Part shown: one piece after another, positions 57,043-64,000 of the stretch | Layout of the letters: each line of letters opens with the position of its first letter | Position numbering within the stretch: position 1 is the first letter of the stretch | Source: a virus | DNA: 64,000 nt | Virus record (IMG/VR): IMGVR_UViG_3300027708_000022 | Span: 32,001-96,000 of that record | Strand: one strand, 5' to 3' | The notes under the pieces: model-generated | Told to the model about the DNA's origin: nothing | Seen by the model: the letters and a program-made list of their open reading frames with translations, nothing else | Database searches by the model: none | Program-made: the position numbers and the translations under genes

Positions 57043-60000
57043 TCATTGTTGTATAGGGACAACACTATCAGACCATCTGATCCTAAAGAGGGTCATCATA
57101 AAAGAGTCCTCAAAATCCATCCATGGGTAATAGGCATCACGGTCTTTGATTATTGTGCCTTGTTCTTTCATCCATGCATTGAATTCTTCAATATCATGGT
57201 TTTTGTTTTCCAGCCACCAAATGGCTGCATTAAAATAATAAGGGTCAACAGGAAGTTTGTACATATATCACCATGAGGAACTGTAGTAGAAATTGATATT
57301 GTGTTCCTTGACCTGAGTTAAATCAAGGAGAACATCCAGACGTTCCACAGTATACTTTAATTGCTCTAAGTACCATTCATCAACCTCTGTAGAACCAAAA
57401 AAGAATCCAGATTGTGGAGGAAGCAGCTCATCTGCTCTGGATGGATCAGCTAAAACCTTATTGCAGATATCTCGCAATTCCACCAAATCTTCGGTACTAA
57501 CATGATACTCAGCACAGTTATCCACACCATCTTGGATTTTACTTACGAACCAACGGTGGATAGCATTCGCCTTGCGCCAATACATAGCTTCAAAGCTAAT
57601 CTGTTCAACTTCACCAGAGAAACCAAAATCAATGGCTGAAACTAATTCACGCAGCTTAGCATCCTCAGGATTATACTTTGAGAGGTACCGCTTGGCTGTC
57701 AAATACATATCTAAACCCATCACTTACTCCTAATATCAATAACTTCAATAGTTGCAACTCCTTCAAGGTCTTTCTTAAAGGACTCAAGAACACCACTTGC
57801 ATAACCACTTAGACCAAACGAATTCTTACCACACTTGTAGACACTACCAGAATGGTTAATAAAGTCATAATGATCCTCATGCTCAATCGTTTCAGTAATC
57901 CCGGAACTTAACTTCCAAGAATCACTTCCAAGATAACCACCGTACCATGAAGCCATCACCTTGCGGTTAACTTCTCCATCATTAGTTCTAAACTCCACAA
58001 CAATCCATCCATCTGGAGTATATGTTCTTTCACCCATCATTTCACCTATCTAATTGACTCAACGCTTCACAGATACAAGAATCTGCACAGGACATTTGAT
58101 CCTCAATCTCCGTCAGACCAGCTTCACAGGCCTCATGGTATACATCAGAAAGTAAACCCTGAGCATGGTTAAGTTTTGTAATCATACCGTCACGGTCGTA
58201 GGAGGATTCCAAAGGTTTCCCCAAGCACAACTCAAGCATACGAGCTCTCAAATCTAGAATCGTTTTCTCTTGTTCCTCCATAACCATACCATACCGTTTA
58301 ACGATATTTTTAAGGGACTCATTTTCTTTCAATAATTGTTTTTCACTCACTTTAAATCCCATAATCACGTTTAATCAAGTAGCGTATATAATCAATGTCA
58401 CCAGAACCATCATTAATGGTTTGCAGGATATCTTGGACAACCAGCTCACCGAATAACGCAAGGTCACCATCAGTACCTGGTTCTTTTGTATGAACCAAAG
58501 TAACATTATCTCCAGTTCTCTCAAACTTAATAAAGTAACCAGCTTGTTCCGCAAGTACTGCTAATCTACCGTTCATTCGTGTCCCTCTTTAATCAAACCG
58601 TTTACAAGGTTAAGGTCAAACTGTAAATTACCAATAATGTCTTTGAGTACCTGATACTCATGGCTATGCACATCACGGTCATTGATAACAATATCAAGGT
58701 ACATTTTGGCAGCCTTAGATTGTGCTTTCGCCAATTCAGCCTCTAACAAAACTCGTCTATCTTTTAACATTCTTCATCCTCATAATGTTCATCTTCAGGG
58801 TGACCCTGATCCGGGCCAGTATAATGAGGGTTGCGTTCCCATGTATCATAATCGGAAAGAACCCATTGCTGGTCTGCTCTATCTTGACCAACATTCCACA
58901 CCCACTCACGAACGGCTTCTCGCATAAAACTCATTTTAACATCCTTTTAAACACGGGAACCAAACGGCGCCGTAGACGCTCTTGACGAGCTTCCGAATCA
59001 TTACGCCAATCTAAAGTATTGCGCCAACTATAACAATCGTAGTATTCATTATTAGAATGCTCTGCATAAAACTTAGCAGCCTGGTGTGCTGATTTAAATC
59101 GTTTGGTATACAGATATTCTTTGTTGAGGTAATAATCTTTCAATTGCCAATTAATTACAATTTGTTTAACACTCTCAACTTTAACAGGAAGTCTTTCACT
59201 CATTTCTGTTCCTCCATAGACCTAACGAATGCTGCGAATTGCTCAAGGTTCAGATTATCCTTCAACTCTCTGGCAGCTGCTAATGCCTTCACAGCAATAC
59301 AATCATCCAAATGGTCAAACTCAATATCAGCACCACAGCAGGCCATATAGTCAACACCATACTGGTCAGTATCTCTGCATTCCGTATACTCTTTAAGAGC
59401 TGCTACGATTAGATCCAATTGCTTCATAATTCAATCCTTGCTGATGGTTTATATACTTCAAAATCTGCTGAAAATTCTTCATTGTATTTCTTGATACTTG
59501 TCCAGTACCCATTATCCCAATCGGAACTGTTTATGTAAAATATCACAGAAAAATTATCCGTTAGCTTTAATACTACTTGATTATCTTCTAATGTAAACCC
59601 TTGCTCAATCCTATCACCAAGATAGAACACATGATAACCTTTCTTGAGGTACCGATTAATCTTAGCAGCCTTCTTTAAGGCATTCAAGTAGCGGCGCTTG
59701 TGAATGGTTAAAATCATTCCGTCACCTCCATATTTTTGCCAATCTCTGCCGCTGCTCGCACGATCGCTCGTCTTGTGGCTGCGTAGGGATCATCGTTAGT
59801 TACTGGCTCAATTGATTCAATATCAAAAAGCCACACACAAGCTTCTTCTCCGTTAAACACAACTCCAAGAGTCAATTTCACCGCCAGTCGCAGAGCATCA
59901 CCATCATCGGTTAATGGATTCCAAAACTTCTTTTCTTTTGTGTGTTTTTCTCCAATGATTAGGCCAATCCAAAGGTCGTCTGCGTTTACTGATTGCGCCT

Positions 60001-61627
60001 TTACGTTTAAGCCAGCAGACTTAGCTGCAAGTTCTAGCAGTTCTTGGTCTGTCATTTCGTCACCTCGTCTAGTGCGTAGAGTGGTCGGTATCTTAAATAA
60101 CTAGGCAAATCATTTGGTTCTAAGTATGAAAGCGCTTGTCCACTTGCAAACTTCAAAGCAAATGTTTCCCACGCCACAGGCTTCAACTCCCGCAACTCAC
60201 GGGCTGCGGCAAGGGCTTTTTCTACAATGTGATACTGAAAGTTTGCTTTATCAGAATTGTCTGACGCAAACTCTAAAGCTGCGATAATTGTTTCAATCTT
60301 GTTCATGTGTTTTTTCCCATCAATCCTTTGCCAAGTCGGGCTTTTTCCATTCCACGCCTGTCCTGTTTGATGCGCCGTTCGGTAGCCCAATGTTCTTTCA
60401 TTGTGATACCACTGCGATACATTTCCCCGTAACCATTCAAGGTGTCTTTACGTTTGTTCACTTCGCCACCTTTGTTAATGACTCTAGCAGTACCAACGTG
60501 CCTGTCATCACCTCGTAAATATTTTCCAACATTCATTTAGAACCTCTTGCTCTGATTAAATCAGCCAGTCTATAGCATTGTTTATGTAAAATTTCGTTTT
60601 CAGTAACTGGCGCTACCCGGCCTGCATCATCGCATAATTGAGCACAGGCCTCCCGTTCTCTTGCCACAGCCTCAGCTGTTACTAGTTCGGCAAAGCGATC
60701 CAGTTGATCCAGAAGCATTGCATTTTCATGTGCATAGTCCCGTTCATTGTGAAATACAAACCATGCTTTTTCAGCCATACGTTTCAATTGCTCGTATCGT
60801 TCGTTCATTTTAATCCTTTGAGATTAGTGAAGCTAACCAATAGATAATTAAAGTTGTACCAGTACCGGTAACCGTACCGATACAGAGACCAAGAAAAACA
60901 GCTGTTGAAATTTCAGACACATCCATCTCATTTACCTCTAATAGTTTTAATTTTTTCCATGCGCTCATATTCATCACGACAGTCCGCGGAACAGAATGCA
61001 CCTTGCGTAGGTTCTTCACACTCTAAGCACTTACCAGTCTTTTCTGGTACAGCTAAGCGATTCTGCCTAAGCTCATTAATATAAGCCTCGACCTCAACGC
61101 TACTATCTCTAAAGGTTGACATATCTTAACCCTCAAAGTAATCAGAATAGAGTTCCACCAAGCGCTCGCTAGGGAGACCAGAGAGCATATCGGTAGTGAA
61201 ACCGGGAACAAAGCTAAGAACCTCAATCAATTCAGGGCGAGTCATATTTAATCTCCAGAATAACCGTAATCTTCATCGGTACCATAACCGGCAGAAGCCA
61301 TACCAGAATCAAAGTCACCATCCATCGAATCATCAAAGTCCGATTCATCTTCTAAGAGCTCATCGGTATCAATATCACAGGAATCCATGTAATCACTAAA
61401 ATTAACATCATAAGCAATTGGATCCATCTCTTTCAGAATAGCAGAGGGAGAGAATTCAATACCTGCAATAATGACAGGGCCAGATTCATCTAGCATATCA
61501 TCGAAGCTCTCATAGGCTTCTTCCATAGTCTTAATCATACAATGCTCGCTAAAAAGAGGTAAGAGACAAAAAAGGCCACAGTACAGAGTACCAGGCAAAT
61601 AACATCTTCCACAAAACTGTATTTCAT
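57043..61627 (-). other. Operon of about 17 small early hypothetical ORFs
   Basis: Tightly coupled minus-strand ORFs (e.g. 57268-57723, 57720-58040, 59714-60055) behind promoter 61658-61685. Confidence 0.7.
60928..61122 (-). CDS. C4 zinc-ribbon protein (DksA/TraR- or DUF2116-like)
   Basis: CLEC-x8-CSADC. Confidence 0.5.
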   Translation of the reverse strand: MSTFRDSSVEVEAYINELRQNRLAVPEKTGKCLECEEPTQGAFCSADCRDEYERMEKIKTIRGK

Positions 61628-61681
61628 AATCTTTCCTTTAGTGATTCAACAGGATCCATTATACACGAACCAAGGCAGGTG

Positions 61682-63238
61682 TCAAGCTAGACTGTTGTTT
61701 TTAGGCAACACAGATAACTCACGATTATCGGACACATAATCCACATAATGGTTTTCAAGACTAACCCGCTCACGAACTGCACCGTAAACCACGATTGGGT
61801 GATCTAGAACCACACCGTGTTCGACTTCTCCACCGTATTTGACACGGCTGTATTCTACACGACCGGTAATGGGAAACTCTCCCATGTAATGACCTGAAAC
61901 GAACATACCTTCAAGATTCCAATTCATAATCTTTCCTTTAGTTACTGCACAAGTAGCAATCACCGTTTTCGGCATCAACATCAACGACCTGGTACCAGAC
62001 ATATTTAAAACCATAGTGTGATGCCTTGATGAAGTCACAACGATCCTCTGCCTGTGCTTCGGTTGGGTACACACCCAAGATGACACCATCTCCGTTCTCA
62101 AATTCACCACGGACAATGTGTATTAAATTCATTTAACTTCCTTTCTTAACTCAACAGGATCCATTATACACGAACCAGTGGTGGTGTCAAGGACTATCTT
62201 AGCACTAATGTTGTATTTAAGCAACAATGTAATAATCTCAAAGGAACGACACCGTCCATTATACAGTACCCTTTAAAGGTGTCAAGCCCTATATTAGGTA
62301 ATCTTTGTTGTATTTAAGCAACAGTCTACCGCCAGTCAAAGGCATATTCATGCCCCACCAAAGATACATCGACCTTGCCATTGTAGTCCTTAAACAACTT
62401 GGAGAACACCTGGCGAGCTTGAGGTTCACTTGCAAGGACAAACAGAGTACCATTCACAAAGTAAGCCTGACGTTCCTGTTTAAGAACCTTTGCTACTTTG
62501 TCCAAAACGATTTTCTCGAAACCCATTTTTATTCCTTATTCTGACATACTAAAGTAAGCCTGTGCCACCGACTGAAGCATACTGTCAGAGAGACCCAGCT
62601 TATGCTTGATGACTTCAGGTGGTAAACGGAGGTGTAGCAGATTAGCAAACTGCCAAACCAAGTCCTCTGAAACGGTATTGCCTAGTTCTGTATAAGTTTT
62701 CATTCTGTAATTCCTTATTAACTTTATCAACTCAACAGGATCCATTATACACTAACCGAGGCAGGAGTCAAGGACTTTCGGCAAAGCGCTAGCGCCTTGT
62801 TGTATTTTTGCAACATAAAAGAGGTTGAGTATCCGCCACGTCCATCCCCTTTCGTTCGACAGGTACCATTATACTCGGTACCTGTCTGGTGTCAAGGGTT
62901 ATGTGGAGACTTGTTGCTTGGAAACAACAGGCATAACAGGGTGAGACCGAACAAAGTACAGAGTACAGTCCTCAGAGTTATCCTGTTCCATCTGCTTAGC
63001 GACCAACTCAGCATTACCAAGGTCTGCAAAGGCAAATCGAACCTGCTCTGCATACTCGCCCCCATCATCTAGAGGTGAATTGTCCATGGTATAACGCAGC
63101 ATCACAAGGTGGACTTCATTCATCTTTATTCCTTATTCATACGCATAAGTTTAGCCATGAGCATGGCTGTTTCCAGTTTAGCTTTCAACTCAGCACGAAC
63201 CCTTGCCAGGTCAGCACTCATTTTCTCGGTTTCTTTCA
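61682..63238 (-). other. Small early ORFs in promoter-bounded cassettes
   Basis: 61682-61927, 61938-62132, 62326-62526, 62536-62703, 62899-63123. Confidence 0.6.
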
Positions 63239-63406
63239 TAACAACTCCTTTGTTTACCATATTGAAGTACACTACAACTCTGGCAAGGATGATTTACGCC
63301 TCTAAATTTGGCAACATCATCGGGCTTTCCTAGGAACCCTTTCCAGTCATAAGGTAGTGTACTTCAATATGAGGTCTGGTATCCGCCAGACCTTGCGGTC
63401 AACAAC

Positions 63407-63727
63407 TTATGCTGCGAGCAAGTCAGGCATAACCATCTTAGTCACAACGACCTTAGAAGGCTTCTTAACTGCTTTGCGAACAGCTTTGAGCCCGACAGGT
63501 TTTGCCATCAGCGCATCGAGGCGTGCCTGTGCCTTAGCGATAGCGTTAGCACGTTTCACTTGCACGAGGTCAGCCTTGACCTGTTTAGTGAGTGACTTCT
63601 CAGCACGAGCCTGTTTAACTAAAGCGCTGACAATCAGTTTAGCTTCAGCGGTTTTCTGACGAGCTGCAACAAGAGCGGCACGAGCGGCGACCAATTCGGT
63701 CTGCGAGGGGGTGAGAACTTTTGACAT
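63407..63727 (-). CDS. Ala/Lys-rich basic early protein ending LLAA
   Basis: Strong RBS, early promoter 63784-63811. Confidence 0.7.
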   Translation of the reverse strand: MSKVLTPSQTELVAARAALVAARQKTAEAKLIVSALVKQARAEKSLTKQVKADLVQVKRANAIAKAQARLDALMAKPVGLKAVRKAVKKPSKVVVTKMVMPDLLAA

Positions 63728-64000
63728 TTTTACTTCCTTAAAAAAGAGAATCAATTAACAGCGTTAGCACTACTACAGGAACCATTATACACGAACCACT
63801 ACCAAAATCAAGCATTATCTGGTATTGTTGTTTTTTAGCAACAGCAGATATGTTGTATTTAAGCAACACTAAACAGGACTCATTTCCGTTAACATTTCGG
63901 AAATATTCATCAAGAGGTCAGCATAGGCGTCCTCATCCAACGCAAGAGCATCAGCATAGGACTCGATCAATTCAGTAATGAGGGACTTCAATTTCGATTC

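Noticed and set aside
61682-62116. 144-aa ORF as given by the track
   Set aside because: 5' half overlaps 61938-62132; RBS-supported start is at 61927
63258-63371. Hammerhead ribozyme or known riboswitch
   Set aside because: No correctly ordered CUGANGA/GAAA core or recognisable aptamer; kept only as an unexplained structured element

Overview
AT-rich segment of a large T4-like myovirus genome. A Gram-negative, probably proteobacterial host is inferred from a BAM-type outer-membrane protein and an ANDNRFLMAA tmRNA tag. 1-31.7 kb is a late structural module: Gly-rich fibre-like paralogues, a GIY-YIG endonuclease, baseplate genes (DUF4815/VrlC-like, gp8, gp7, gp6, gp25, a three-part gp5, gp27-like, gp53, gp48, gp4, gp2, gp54, gp26, gp51) and two tape-measure-like genes carrying SGNH-esterase and lysozyme-like domains. 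31.7-46.8 kb holds gp32, gp59, gp33, dsbA, rnh, an exonuclease, a DenV-like glycosylase, ClpP, a glycosyltransferase, a permuted two-piece tmRNA and two His-rich putative internal head proteins. 44.4-53.4 kb holds 26 tRNA genes covering all 20 amino acids, interleaved with a Ro60/TROVE-like vWA gene, several unannotated structured RNAs and RNA-metabolism genes. 53.5-64 kb is an early region of small ORFs behind repeated sigma70 promoters. The most striking candidate new system is an unannotated 42-codon leader ORF upstream of the tRNA array. It contains all 20 amino acids and at least one codon for each of the 26 phage tRNA species, and it overlaps a terminator/antiterminator switch, suggesting an attenuator that senses depletion of nearly any tRNA. 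It co-occurs with the tmRNA, an unannotated ArfA-like ORF, ClpP and a Ro60-like protein with four covarying small RNAs. All calls come from manual reading and motif recognition; no searches were run.
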